A DNA stretch of 64,000 bases. Source: Oscillospiraceae bacterium (GTDB lineage: Bacteria; Bacillota; Clostridia; Oscillospirales; SIG519). The position numbers and the translations under genes are program-made. Positions 36,612-46,330 of the stretch are shown here, piece after piece. Under the pieces are notes generated by a model. The model had not been told where the DNA came from. It saw nothing but the letters and a program-made list of their open reading frames with translations, and searched no databases. The stretch lies in the NCBI GenBank assembly GCA_015067255.1, contig SVMS01000007.1, forward strand, positions 1,352-65,351, read 5' to 3'. Position 1 is the stretch's first letter. Every line of letters starts with the position of its first letter.

Positions 36612-37130
36612 TTATTTATCCATAACCTTTCGGGGAATGTAAGTCTTAAAGCTTTCTATCATTCTCTCGTCAGGCTCGAAAACAAGAAGAGTTCTTCCTT
36701 TTTCGGTATCGTTAAAAATACCGAAATACTGACCCTCGGACTGAGGATGGCTTACAGCAAAAATCTTATTTTTTATGCCGGGTGCCTCTATCTCTCTTTT
36801 ATGTTCATTGTTTACAGGAGCAATAATTTCAAACTCTCGACAATTCAAAGATGCGAGCTTCTTTCTTTTTCTTTGAGCAATTATGCAGTCAACATCAAGC
36901 TCACCGTTAGTGAGAGAATACTCATATTCAAGGCTTCTGGAGCTAAGCAAATACCACGCTCCGTAAAGCTCAGCAAAGCCAATAAAAATACCTAATGCGC
37001 CCAGGTATGCTGTTGCAAAAACAGCAATAACCAAAAACAAAATTATTGCCGCAACAACCAGCAAAAGATTGATTGCTATATCAACTGCGGTAGCTCTTTT
37101 TTTAACTATTTTTTCAAGAAAAACGTCCAT
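36612..37130 (-). CDS. two-TM membrane protein of unknown function
   Basis: Hydrophobic N-terminal third; no motif recognised. Confidence 0.55.
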   Translation of the reverse strand: MDVFLEKIVKKRATAVDIAINLLLVVAAIILFLVIAVFATAYLGALGIFIGFAELYGAWYLLSSRSLEYEYSLTNGELDVDCIIAQRKRKKLASLNCREFEIIAPVNNEHKREIEAPGIKNKIFAVSHPQSEGQYFGIFNDTEKGRTLLVFEPDERMIESFKTYIPRKVMDK

Positions 37131-37161
37131 CGTTTTCCACTCCCCTATCGACTGTCAAAAC

Positions 37162-37407
37162 TTAATTATCAAGATAATTTCTGAGAAGCTCCTGCAAAAG
37201 CTCGTCACGGTCTATCTTACAAATAAGGCTGCGAGCGTTCTTATGATTTGTAATATAAGTCGGGTCCTCGCTGAGAATATAGCCTACCATCTGATTGATA
37301 GGATTATATCCCTTTTCCTTAAGAGCGTCATAAACCGTAGTTATAGCTCTTCTTAGCTCATTTTCCTTTTCTTGATTTATTTTAAATACAACTGTATTTC
37401 CGGACAT
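37162..37407 (-). CDS. IreB-family regulatory phosphoprotein (UPF0297)
   Basis: [34 protein letters not shown] is typical of the family. Confidence 0.85.
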   Translation of the reverse strand: MSGNTVVFKINQEKENELRRAITTVYDALKEKGYNPINQMVGYILSEDPTYITNHKNARSLICKIDRDELLQELLRNYLDN

Positions 37408-37507
37408 TAAAAAAACCTCTATTCAATGATTATATAGATATTTTTTGTTACGGTTTAATAATAATACATTTTTTCTTAAATAGCAAGTATTTTTTACTAA
37501 ATATACG

Positions 37508-39889
37508 TTAGCTTCTCAAAAATGCTCCTATTTTTTCAAGCTCCTTGAAAATTTTCTTCATAGCGCTGTCAACCTCTTCGTCAGAGAGTGTTTTTTCCTT
37601 ATTTCTGAAAACAAGAGAATAAGCAACGCTCTTTTTGCCCTGTTCAATTTGCTTGCCCTTATATACGTCAAAAAGCTGTGCCTCTTCAAGAATATTATTA
37701 GCTCCCTTTCTTATAGCTGCTTCAATAGCGGCAACGGGAAGCTCGTCCTCACATACAAGAGCAAGATCTCTTGTTAATGCAGGGAATTTGGGAAGTCCTG
37801 TATAAACAGCCTTCTTTCTTTCGCAAGCATATAGCTCTTCAACATCTATTTCAGCGCAGTAAAGCTCTGCTTCAACGCCGTAGTTCTTAGCAATAAAAGG
37901 ATGTACCTGACCTACTACACCTACGTACTTGCCGTTTACATATATTCCTGCGGTACGTCCGGGATGATAGTAGCTTATATCTGATTTTGCTTCGTAGCTT
38001 ACCTTAACTATATTAAGCTCGTCAAAAATCTCCTGTAAAACGCCCTTGATATCAAAGAAGTCCATTTTATTTTTATACATTCCCACACAAAGAGTTGTTC
38101 TCTCATCGGGAAGCTTGTTGGAATCCTCATCGGGAATATATATCTTTCCAAGCTCAAAAAGTGCGGCGCTTTCATTTCTGAAATTGTAGTTTCTCGTCAG
38201 AGTTTCAAGCATTGAAGGAAGCATCATACGGCGCATAATACTTGTATCCTCGCCCAAGGGATTTAAAATTACAACGCTTTCTTTTTTAATCTGTTCCCCG
38301 TCAAGACCTATTTTGTCATAGAATTTGGGGCTTATAAAGGAATAGGTTGCTATTTCGTAAAGTCCGTTTGCAACAAAGCTGTTTATAATATCCTTTTCAA
38401 ATTTCTGACGTTCGTTAAGACGTCCGCACAAAACCTTTCCCGAAAATACATTTGAAGGAATTTTATCATAGCCGTAAAATCTTGCTATTTCCTCAGCAAT
38501 ATCAGCTTTGTGCTGTAAATCGGAACGGAAGGTGGGAACATATACCTTGCCGTCTTTAACCTCTACGTCAATATTTTTAAGGTACTGAGTCATTTGCTCT
38601 GTTGAAATATCTATTCCCAAAAACTTGTTTATCCACTCTGCTTCAAGAGGGAAGCTGTTTCTCTCGGAAGAAGAATTATTTATATCTATAAGTCCGCTTA
38701 CTACCTCACCTGCATTTAAAAGGTTTACAAGCTCGCAGGCACGGTCGAGGGCAGGGAGAGCGTTGTTGGGGTCAAGTCCCTTTTCATAACGGCTTGATGA
38801 CTCTGTTCTGAGTCCTACTTTTTTTGCGCCCAGACGAACACAGGGAGCGTTAAAGCAAGCAGACTCAAATACAACAGTTACGGTAGAATCCTTAATTTCG
38901 GAATTTTCTCCGCCCATTATACCTGCAAGACCTATGGCACGCTCATTGTCTGCAATTACAAGAATAGAGTCCTGAAGAGTTCTCTCTACACCGTCAAGAG
39001 TATTCATTTTCTCGCCGTTTGATGCACATCTTACATTTATTTTCTTGCCTGTGATACATTCATAATCAAAGGCGTGCATAGGCTGACCATATTCAAGCAT
39101 AACATAGTTTGTTATATCTACTATATTATTGATAGGACGTACTCCGCAGGAACGAAGTCTTGCTCTTAGCCAGGAGGGAGAAGGCTCAATTTTAACGTTT
39201 TTAACCACTCTTGCACAGTATCTTGTGCAAAGTGTAGGCTCTTTAACCTCAACGTCAATATAATCGGAAATTTTTCCGTCACTTTCCTTTACAACAGGTG
39301 TATGCAATTTCAAGGGCAGATTATAGGTTGCCGCTGTTTCTCTTGCAAGACCGATAACGGAAAGACAGTCGGGACGGTTTGAGGTTATTTCAAATTCCAC
39401 AACAGTATCGTCAAGACCTAAAACCTCTGTTATATCCTGTCCTATACTGCACTCCTCCTGCATTATGAAAATGCCGTCCTCAATAGCATAGGGGTAATCA
39501 TTTTTAGTAAGTCCAAGCTCCGAAAGAGAGCAGAGCATACCGTTTGACACTACTCCTCTGAGCTTTCCTGCTTTAATTTTTCTTCCGTCAGGCAAAACAG
39601 CGCCGTCCTTACAAACGGGAATTATATCACCCTCGGAAACATTGTTGGCACCTGTAACTATCTGAACAGGCTCATTTTCACCCACATCTACCTGACAAAC
39701 TATCAGCTTATCTGCGTCGGGGTGCTTTTCTATTTTCAATATTTTTCCTACTACGATATTTTTTATCGTATCTCCAACACACTCAAAGCCTTCAACCTTT
39801 GAGCCTGTTATTGTAAGAGCCTCAGAATATTCTTTAGGGTCGGGGTTTATATCAACATAATCTTTAAGCCACTTTATTGATAATTTCAT
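37508..39889 (-). CDS. pheT: phenylalanine--tRNA ligase beta subunit
   Basis: 793 aa; N-terminus MKLSIKWLKDYVD; B3/4 and B5 domains. Confidence 0.97.
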   Translation of the reverse strand: MKLSIKWLKDYVDINPDPKEYSEALTITGSKVEGFECVGDTIKNIVVGKILKIEKHPDADKLIVCQVDVGENEPVQIVTGANNVSEGDIIPVCKDGAVLPDGRKIKAGKLRGVVSNGMLCSLSELGLTKNDYPYAIEDGIFIMQEECSIGQDITEVLGLDDTVVEFEITSNRPDCLSVIGLARETAATYNLPLKLHTPVVKESDGKISDYIDVEVKEPTLCTRYCARVVKNVKIEPSPSWLRARLRSCGVRPINNIVDITNYVMLEYGQPMHAFDYECITGKKINVRCASNGEKMNTLDGVERTLQDSILVIADNERAIGLAGIMGGENSEIKDSTVTVVFESACFNAPCVRLGAKKVGLRTESSSRYEKGLDPNNALPALDRACELVNLLNAGEVVSGLIDINNSSSERNSFPLEAEWINKFLGIDISTEQMTQYLKNIDVEVKDGKVYVPTFRSDLQHKADIAEEIARFYGYDKIPSNVFSGKVLCGRLNERQKFEKDIINSFVANGLYEIATYSFISPKFYDKIGLDGEQIKKESVVILNPLGEDTSIMRRMMLPSMLETLTRNYNFRNESAALFELGKIYIPDEDSNKLPDERTTLCVGMYKNKMDFFDIKGVLQEIFDELNIVKVSYEAKSDISYYHPGRTAGIYVNGKYVGVVGQVHPFIAKNYGVEAELYCAEIDVEELYACERKKAVYTGLPKFPALTRDLALVCEDELPVAAIEAAIRKGANNILEEAQLFDVYKGKQIEQGKKSVAYSLVFRNKEKTLSDEEVDSAMKKIFKELEKIGAFLRS

Positions 39890-39915
39890 AGCTTTTTATC
39901 CTCTCTGTAATTTAA

Positions 39916-40935
39916 TTAAAACTGCTTTAAAAATCTTACGTCATTTTCATATAAAAGACGCATATCGTCAATATTATAATGACGCATTACAATTCTTTCG
40001 AGGCCTAAGCCGAAAGCAAAGCCGCTGTACTCTTCGGGGTCAATTCCGCAGTTTTCAAGCACCTTAGGATGTACCATACCTGCTCCTAAAATTTCTATCC
40101 AGCCTTCGCCCTTACAAAGACGGCAGCCCTTACCGCCGCAAACGTAACAGCAAACGTCAACCTCTGCCGAGGGCTCGGTAAAGGGGAAATGGTGAGGACG
40201 GAAGCGCACCTTACTGTTCTCTCCGTAAAGACCTTTTATAAACACCTCAAGCGTACCCTTAAGGTCAGCCATTGTAATACCCTTGTCAACAACAAGCCCC
40301 TCTATCTGATGGAACAGAGGTGAATGAGTTGCGTCAACGGCATCGGAACGGTAAACTCTTCCGGGCGCAATTATTCTTATGGGCGGCTTTTTCTTTTCCA
40401 TAACTCTTATCTGCATAGGAGAGGTCTGCGTTCTGAGAAGAATCTTATCATTTATATAGAAGGTATCCTGAGTATCTCTTGCAGGGTGCTCAGGAGGAAT
40501 ATTCAAAGCTTCAAAGTTATAGTAATCGTATTCTACCTCAGGACCGTCTGCCACCTCAAAGCCCATTCCCAAAAAGATTTCCTTTATTTCATCCATAACA
40601 GTTGTCAACGGATGTGGTTTTCCTGTTTTATTTAATTTTCCGGGCATAGTTACGTCAATTTTCTCGGAATTTATTTTTTCTTCAAGAGCTTTTGAAGAAA
40701 GCTGTTGCTTTGCTTTTTCAAGCTCTGTTTCCAAAAATGAACGGACTTGATTTGCCAGCTGTCCCATAGCGGGGCGCTCCTCTGCCGAAAGAGTACCCAT
40801 CTGCTTTAAGATAGCGGTCATTTCTCCTTTTTTACCTAAAAATTCAATTCTGATGTTTTCCAAATCTTCAAGACTTTGCGCATTTGAAAGAGCCTGCTCG
40901 CCCTTTATTCTGATAGCCTCAAGCTGTGCCTTCAT
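39916..40935 (-). CDS. pheS: phenylalanine--tRNA ligase alpha subunit
   Basis: Class II motifs ([19 protein letters not shown]). ATG at 40935 preferred over the TTG at 40944. Confidence 0.97.
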   Translation of the reverse strand: MKAQLEAIRIKGEQALSNAQSLEDLENIRIEFLGKKGEMTAILKQMGTLSAEERPAMGQLANQVRSFLETELEKAKQQLSSKALEEKINSEKIDVTMPGKLNKTGKPHPLTTVMDEIKEIFLGMGFEVADGPEVEYDYYNFEALNIPPEHPARDTQDTFYINDKILLRTQTSPMQIRVMEKKKPPIRIIAPGRVYRSDAVDATHSPLFHQIEGLVVDKGITMADLKGTLEVFIKGLYGENSKVRFRPHHFPFTEPSAEVDVCCYVCGGKGCRLCKGEGWIEILGAGMVHPKVLENCGIDPEEYSGFAFGLGLERIVMRHYNIDDMRLLYENDVRFLKQF

Positions 40936-40957
40936 AAACTTCAACCTTTCAAATTTA

Positions 40958-41202
40958 ATAAAAAAGCCTTTTCATCCCAAATGGGACGAAAAGGCTGAAT
41001 TTCCGTGGTACCACCCAAATTCCTGCTTAAAGCAGGCACTTTAAAAGCTTTTAACGGAGCCAAACCGTTGCCGCCTACCAGAAAACCTTCAACAGCACCG
41101 TTCACGAGCGAACTTCACTTAAAGCTCATATATGAATGCTCACAGCCGACGACATTCACTCTCTGAATATTCCTTCTAAGCTACTTTCCCGATCACAACG
41201 TT
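40958..41202 (-). promoter_or_regulatory. T-box leader (Phe) with terminator/antiterminator
   Basis: The minus strand has AATTTGGGTGGTACCACGG (T-box sequence, 41001-41021). The terminator is agccttttcgtccc/gggatgaaaaggct plus tttttt. Stem I has the AGAGAG and GNUGNGA elements, and a UUC codon sits in GAAGTTCGC. Confidence 0.85.
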
Positions 41203-41208
41203 TTTTTC

Positions 41209-41237
41209 ATTTTAACACTATTTTTAAAAAAATGCAA
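41209..41237 (-). promoter_or_regulatory. sigma-A promoter of the pheST leader
   Basis: The minus strand reads TTGCAT-N17-TAAAAT. Confidence 0.55.
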
Positions 41238-41285
41238 GTCTTTTCTTTACAAAAGAAAATAATTATGTTACAATAGTAATATTAA

Positions 41286-41609
41286 GTGAAGAAAGATATG
41301 GTGAGCTATATGGCTGAAAAATCAAGTATAAATTCCCTTATGTACCGTGGTTTCCCTTTGGTACGTTGCGGAAACATATTATATTACGGCAATCTCAGTG
41401 ATAAATATATTATTATGCTTCAGGTGCTTGACTCCAAGAAAAATGACGACCTTGAGATAAGCGGAAAGGTTTCCGTTGAGCTTCAGTATACCGACCCTGA
41501 CCTTAAGGCTAAGGACAGAGTTGTTAAGCGCAGTGAAAAATTAGGTCTTTACAATGCTATTGATATAGGCTCTATATGGCTTGAAAGAGCTCTTAAGGGG
41601 AAAATTTAA
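41286..41609 (+). CDS. small soluble protein of unknown function
   Basis: The only long ORF in this gap. Promoter TTTACA-N17-TACAAT lies upstream. The start is ambiguous (GTG 41286 or ATG 41298/41310). Confidence 0.5.
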   Translation: MKKDMVSYMAEKSSINSLMYRGFPLVRCGNILYYGNLSDKYIIMLQVLDSKKNDDLEISGKVSVELQYTDPDLKAKDRVVKRSEKLGLYNAIDIGSIWLERALKGKI

Positions 41610-41653
41610 GTGAGGTTTGCGGCTGTCATTTTTTGACTGCCGCCTTTTTCATT

Positions 41654-42220
41654 ATGAATGTATACGATTTTGATAAAACTATTTATAGGGGCGACAGCTC
41701 AACTCAGTTTTACTTTTTTGCTTTAAAAAAGAAAAAAAGAGTACTCCTTTATCTGCCTTTGCAGTTTTTTGCCTTTATTATGATGTCTTTAAAAATTTTC
41801 AGCAAAACCAAAGCAAAGGGATATTTCTTTTCCTTTTTTAAATGCTTTAAAGACATTGATGCTCTTGTAGCTGAGTTCTGGAAAGAAAAGAAGGATAATA
41901 TTTATAAGCGTTATTATGTATCCCACAGGGCTGACGATGTTATTGTTTCCGCATCTCCTCAGTTTTTGCTTGACCCTGTAAAAAGCATTTTAAACGTAGA
42001 GCGTATTATTGCTTCCCCTGTCGATAAAAAAACAGGCAAGTTTTTCGGTCCTAACTGTTACGGTGAAGAAAAGGTTACAAGGTTTGAGGAATTTTATAAA
42101 AAATCAGAAATCGAAACCTTCTATTCCGACTCTTTTTCCGATACTCCTTTAGCCAAGCTTGCAAAAAAAAGCTATATTGTCAGAGGCGAAGAGGAAATCC
42201 CCTGGGAATACGCAAGATAG
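41654..42220 (+). CDS. HAD-IB family hydrolase/phosphatase
   Basis: MNVYDFDKTIY has the DxD motif I and SDSFSD is motif IV-like. The ATG at 41654 is preferred over the track start at 41633. Confidence 0.75.
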   Translation: MNVYDFDKTIYRGDSSTQFYFFALKKKKRVLLYLPLQFFAFIMMSLKIFSKTKAKGYFFSFFKCFKDIDALVAEFWKEKKDNIYKRYYVSHRADDVIVSASPQFLLDPVKSILNVERIIASPVDKKTGKFFGPNCYGEEKVTRFEEFYKKSEIETFYSDSFSDTPLAKLAKKSYIVRGEEEIPWEYAR

Positions 42221-42503
42221 AAATGTGTTTATATAACAACGTTAATTTTTAAGTCGATATGCAGACTAAAGTCTGCCCGATATTTTTACTATCGTAAAAT
42301 CGACATGTTTAAGCATAGCTCAAACTCGATATGATATAAATCTCGCTTTTGCATTTTGCAAAAGCATATCGAGCAAAAGGCAGTATCTACCGCACCGCCC
42401 CTCTCCGTCCCTAAAAAAATGCAGTATTTCCCTCTATTTTAAGAGGTTTTGCGAAAGTTATGACTTTTTGCGAGAAATTTGCGAGATAGGTGTGAGAAGC
42501 ATT

Positions 42504-42536
42504 AAAACCCTCCCCAAGAAGACTTGGGGAGGGTTT
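42504..42536 (-). terminator. terminator of the NERD gene
   Basis: Hairpin aaaccctcccc/ggggagggttt. Confidence 0.75.
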
Positions 42537-42556
42537 GTCTTCGGTTTAGGTGGTCA

Positions 42557-43402
42557 CTAATTTTCTAAACGAATATAGTCCAATTTGCATAGTGCATAGC
42601 GATATTTGTAACCATTGTCAATGACATAAATGGAGCCATTTTCAATATCAACGATATGACGTGCTCCATCTTTTGTTGTAATCTTAACTTCGTCATAAGA
42701 CCAATGGTGTGATATTGAAATAGATTGAATATTGCTTCGATCCAGTATCCCGTTTGAAGTGGTGAATCTTAACGAATTATCACATACAATGCAGTGCAAA
42801 GATTTCCCCCACGAATTACTGTGAAGATAATCAGCGGTGATGCATTTCTCAAAAAAGGCGCTTGCATTATTTCCCAATGTAACTTTACCGTCACTTACAA
42901 TATGGGATATAAGCTCGTCTACGTTGTCAAACCACACGTTATCACTTTCGGTTTCGATATATTCCGATTCTTCGAAAAACACGACAGTGTTAATCCAAGC
43001 ATAATCCGGAATTTGTTTTCGGAGTAAGTAAACAGCTCGACCAAGCTGTTTGAATGGTGACTTGTGGACTTTGGTATGTATTTCATCCGTCCAACGGTCG
43101 CGTTTATATTGGATGAAGTTGCCGTTGCGGTCAACAAGTCTACCTTTCCAGCACTTGATCTCTATAGCAAATAGCTTATTCTTATAAAGAATCAAGCAGT
43201 CGATTTCCGCATTACCCTCTATTGTCTGAATAATAATATTCTTTTTGATTTCGCAATCAGGCAAACGAGATTGAATGGCATAGACGAATTCGTCCTCACC
43301 CAAATCTCCGTACTTTTTTGCCTGCGTTGTATGCGGAAGCGAAGGTTCACCCATTCTCGCAAAGCCTATTTTGATTTTATGAAAAAAGCTTCTAAGTCCC
43401 AT
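42557..43402 (-). CDS. NERD-domain (nuclease-related) protein
   Basis: GDLGEDEFVYAIQ..., EIDCLILYKNKLFAIEIKCW... matches the NERD pattern (G.GE ... EID.l ... IE.K). Confidence 0.8.
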   Translation of the reverse strand: MGLRSFFHKIKIGFARMGEPSLPHTTQAKKYGDLGEDEFVYAIQSRLPDCEIKKNIIIQTIEGNAEIDCLILYKNKLFAIEIKCWKGRLVDRNGNFIQYKRDRWTDEIHTKVHKSPFKQLGRAVYLLRKQIPDYAWINTVVFFEESEYIETESDNVWFDNVDELISHIVSDGKVTLGNNASAFFEKCITADYLHSNSWGKSLHCIVCDNSLRFTTSNGILDRSNIQSISISHHWSYDEVKITTKDGARHIVDIENGSIYVIDNGYKYRYALCKLDYIRLEN

Positions 43403-43538
43403 ACGATCAACCTAACTAAAAATTTTTACATTTTATTATATCATATTCTTATCTGTTTTTCAATGGCGATGCAATTATCTCTGGACTTATCAGATCTTTG
43501 TGGTATCCTTTGTGTTAAAAAACACAAGGAGAATAAAA

Positions 43539-43766
43539 ATGAACCAAGAAAAACAAAGAGAAGCATATCAAAAGATGCTCAAAAAACGCCCCGATATCTT
43601 AACTCCGATGAAAGCGGCTCGTTGGTCACCCGTAGGCAAGAATACAATCTACGCCGCACTCAAAAACGGTGAGATAGAATCCTATACCTATAAAGGCGGT
43701 TATATCTTCACCAAAGATGCTCTGATTGATTACCTCGTCAGGACCACAAATGATAAAGGCAAATGA
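43539..43766 (+). CDS. excisionase-type / MerR-like HTH DNA-binding protein
   Basis: ILTPMKAARWSPVGKNTIYAALKNGEIESYTYKGGYIFTKDALIDYL. RBS AAGGAG before the ATG at 43539. Confidence 0.7.
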   Translation: MNQEKQREAYQKMLKKRPDILTPMKAARWSPVGKNTIYAALKNGEIESYTYKGGYIFTKDALIDYLVRTTNDKGK

Positions 43767-44036
43767 TATACCCTCCGAGGTGATAAGAAATGTTGAGTAG
43801 CTTACTGTAAGTGCTGTCGGGCGAATAGGTGCGGTGTGTCTTGCATATTAGTAAACGTAAATGCGCGTGGATGCTAAACAACGGCTTCATCAAATGTCAA
43901 AACACTGGCAAGCACATAAGACTAACGCAAAAACTCTTCAAACAGAGCGGTGGCAAGTAACCCTTACCGCCAATTAAATTTAATATGGTTTAAAAGAAAA
44001 TTTGCTATTTGTATTCAAATATGATATAATGATTAT

Positions 44037-45107
44037 ATGAAATGGGGTGATGCTGTGAACGATATTTTTGAAGAATATTTGCGCGAAAAAGAACCGCAAA
44101 AAAAAGAAAAAAGTTATGCTTGGCATACCGCAATCGGTCTTCAAGCAGTTGATGGACTTAACACAAGTGAATACTTGATTGAAACCGCCAAAAAGAACAT
44201 TGACGGCGATATAACTTTTGAAGAAGCTAATGATTTAATTCACAGTTATTATAAAGAAAATATTGCGCATACAGATACTGACAGAACCGAAGAAGCTGAC
44301 AAGGTTTCGGTTCGCATAGCGCAGTTATTATCAGAAAAATCTTTCGTTTTTTCACCGGCGCAGTATATTTCAATTCATTCACAGTTGTTTAGGGATATTT
44401 ATAAACACGCAGGCAAAATCAGAGATTATAACATAACTAAAAATGAATGGGTACTTGACGGTGATACCGTTATGTACGGTGGCGCTTTGGATTTAAGAGC
44501 GACCTTGGATTATGATTTTTCGGTTGAAAAAGAGTTTTCGTATAAGAATCTTGGGGTGGAGGAAATCATAAAGCATTTAGCAACTTTTGTCTCTCGCCTT
44601 TGGCAAATTCATATCTTCTCCGAGGGTAACACAAGAGCGACCGCGGTTTTCTTTATAAAATACCTTCGCACGTTAGGCTTTGACGTTACCAATGATATCT
44701 TTGCTGAAAATGCTTGGTATTTTAGAAATGCTCTGGTACGTGCAAACTATACCAATCTTAAAAAAGGAGTACACGAAACAACCGAGTATTTGGAACTATT
44801 TTTGCGAAACCTATTGCTCGGTGAAAACAATCCGCTCAAAAACCGCGATATGCACATTAGTTGCTCGTTATCTTCCCCAAAGTGCAACGAACGAAACGAA
44901 AATTGCACTTTGAATTGCACTTTGGACGAAACGACAGTTTTAAATTTACTAAAATCTGATGGCAAACTAACACAAAAGAAAATTGCCGAAAGCATTAAAA
45001 AATCTGAAAGAACCGTTAAAACAATTACTGCTTCTCTTGAAAAGAAAGGCTTAATCACCAGAGTAAACGGTAAACGTTTCGGATATTGGAAAGTGAATAT
45101 CGATTAA
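44037..45107 (+). CDS. Fic-domain protein with an N-terminal VbhA-like segment and a C-terminal winged HTH; the Fic motif is degenerate
   Basis: HIFSEGNTRATA (44610-44645) compared with the consensus HxFx(D/E)GNGRxxR. The C-terminus has KLTQKKIAESIKKSERTVKTITASLEKKGLI. The start is ambiguous (ATG 44037 lies 6 nt after a TATAAT; GTG 44052 has RBS GGGGTG). Confidence 0.85.
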   Translation: MKWGDAVNDIFEEYLREKEPQKKEKSYAWHTAIGLQAVDGLNTSEYLIETAKKNIDGDITFEEANDLIHSYYKENIAHTDTDRTEEADKVSVRIAQLLSEKSFVFSPAQYISIHSQLFRDIYKHAGKIRDYNITKNEWVLDGDTVMYGGALDLRATLDYDFSVEKEFSYKNLGVEEIIKHLATFVSRLWQIHIFSEGNTRATAVFFIKYLRTLGFDVTNDIFAENAWYFRNALVRANYTNLKKGVHETTEYLELFLRNLLLGENNPLKNRDMHISCSLSSPKCNERNENCTLNCTLDETTVLNLLKSDGKLTQKKIAESIKKSERTVKTITASLEKKGLITRVNGKRFGYWKVNID

Positions 45108-45338
45108 CATCTTCTATTTCTCGGCTTCGAAACGAACTAAGATCTCAAAACACACGGATAACCCAAAACCTCGGCCAAAATGTGAAACTTTCATATTTTA
45201 GCCGAGGTTCTATTTTATCAGTTAAAAGCATTGCGATATTTTTACGAATATGATATATTTTTTTATTATATATTAACTTTCTATAATTTCGGATATTAAG
45301 AAATTGGAGATTTATATCGATGCGTTACTGCGTAACGC

Positions 45339-45386
45339 AAAAAAAGAGACCTTCTCACAGCAAACACTGTGCGAAGGTCATTTTTT
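45339..45386. terminator. bidirectional terminator (rpmB / Fic side)
   Basis: Hairpin gaccttc...gaaggtc flanked by an A run and a T run. Confidence 0.7.
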
Positions 45387-45402
45387 AATCGACATCAATA
45401 AA

Positions 45403-45591
45403 TTAAACAGCTCTCTGTACCTTATTTGAACGAAGGCAACGGCTGCAAGCATGGATGTGCTTAACTTCTCCGTTTACAACAGCACGTACCCTTTTAACAT
45501 TGGGCTTCCATGTTCTGTTACTTCTTCTATGTGAGTGAGAAACTTTGATACCGAAAACAACGCCTTTTCCACAAATATCACATTTAGCCAT
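45403..45591 (-). CDS. rpmB: 50S ribosomal protein L28
   Basis: MAKCDICGKGVVFGIKVSHSHRRSNRTWKPN. Confidence 0.95.
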   Translation of the reverse strand: MAKCDICGKGVVFGIKVSHSHRRSNRTWKPNVKRVRAVVNGEVKHIHACSRCLRSNKVQRAV

Positions 45592-45817
45592 TATTTAACC
45601 CCCCTACTACTTTTCAATAACGATGCAAGTTGTATTATAACAGATAAATTATCAAAAAGCAAGCATTTTTTTATTCCCAAATAAAATTTTTCAAAAAACA
45701 CTTGCAAAACGCTTAAATGTATGCTATTATTATAGGGCTGATTTTGTGCTTTTAGGCATTTATCTGCATCATTATTAAATAAATTATTATTTATATATTA
45801 TTTTGGAGGTTTAAAAA

Positions 45818-46066
45818 ATGACTGTTTGGCAGTGGGTTTTAGGAATAATTGATATTGTACTTTGTGTGGCGCTTGTTGTTGTTGTTTTGTTCCAGCATGG
45901 TAAGTCTGCAGGTCTTTCCGGTACAATTTCGGGAAGTGCAGAAACTTTCTTTGGTAAAAACAAAGGCAGAAGAATAGATGCTGTTCTTTCAAAATTAACA
46001 GGTATTTTGGCATTCCTTTTCGTTGCTGTAAGCGTTATTCTCGCCGGAGTTTCAATGCTTTCTTAG
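45818..46066 (+). CDS. secG: preprotein translocase subunit SecG
   Basis: Two TM helices; [23 protein letters not shown] motif. Confidence 0.9.
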   Translation: MTVWQWVLGIIDIVLCVALVVVVLFQHGKSAGLSGTISGSAETFFGKNKGRRIDAVLSKLTGILAFLFVAVSVILAGVSMLS

Positions 46067-46330
46067 TCAACGCTCGGTTATAAGCCGAAAAAGATTTATA
46101 ATTCCTTTAATATTTAAAAAGATTTCTGTCGGATACTTTTTTGTGTCCGACAGATTTTTTTGTGTATCACTTTTCTGTGAATTGTTTAAAAAAACATTGA
46201 TTGCTGAATCTCCCATATATCCTGCTATATCTTTTGTCTGCACATCTACTGCAACCAAAGCAAAGCTCAGTACCATAAGCATAAAGCTTATTGTTAAAGA
46301 AAGAAGATACGCTTTTATTTTTCCTTTCAT
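46067..46330 (-). CDS. small membrane protein of unknown function, translationally coupled to spoIIP
   Basis: ATGA overlap with the spoIIP stop; one TM helix. Confidence 0.4.
   Translation of the reverse strand: MKGKIKAYLLSLTISFMLMVLSFALVAVDVQTKDIAGYMGDSAINVFLNNSQKSDTQKNLSDTKKYPTEIFLNIKGIINLFRLITER

Noticed and set aside
43829-43960. A 43-codon GTG ORF (…KCAWMLNNGFIKCQNTGKH…) and a GGCAAG...ACGCAAA stretch reminiscent of c-di-GMP-I riboswitch motifs.
   Set aside because: The ORF has no RBS and no recognisable domain. The riboswitch-like words lack the required P1a hairpin and GNRA loop spacing. I treat the region as decayed coding DNA.
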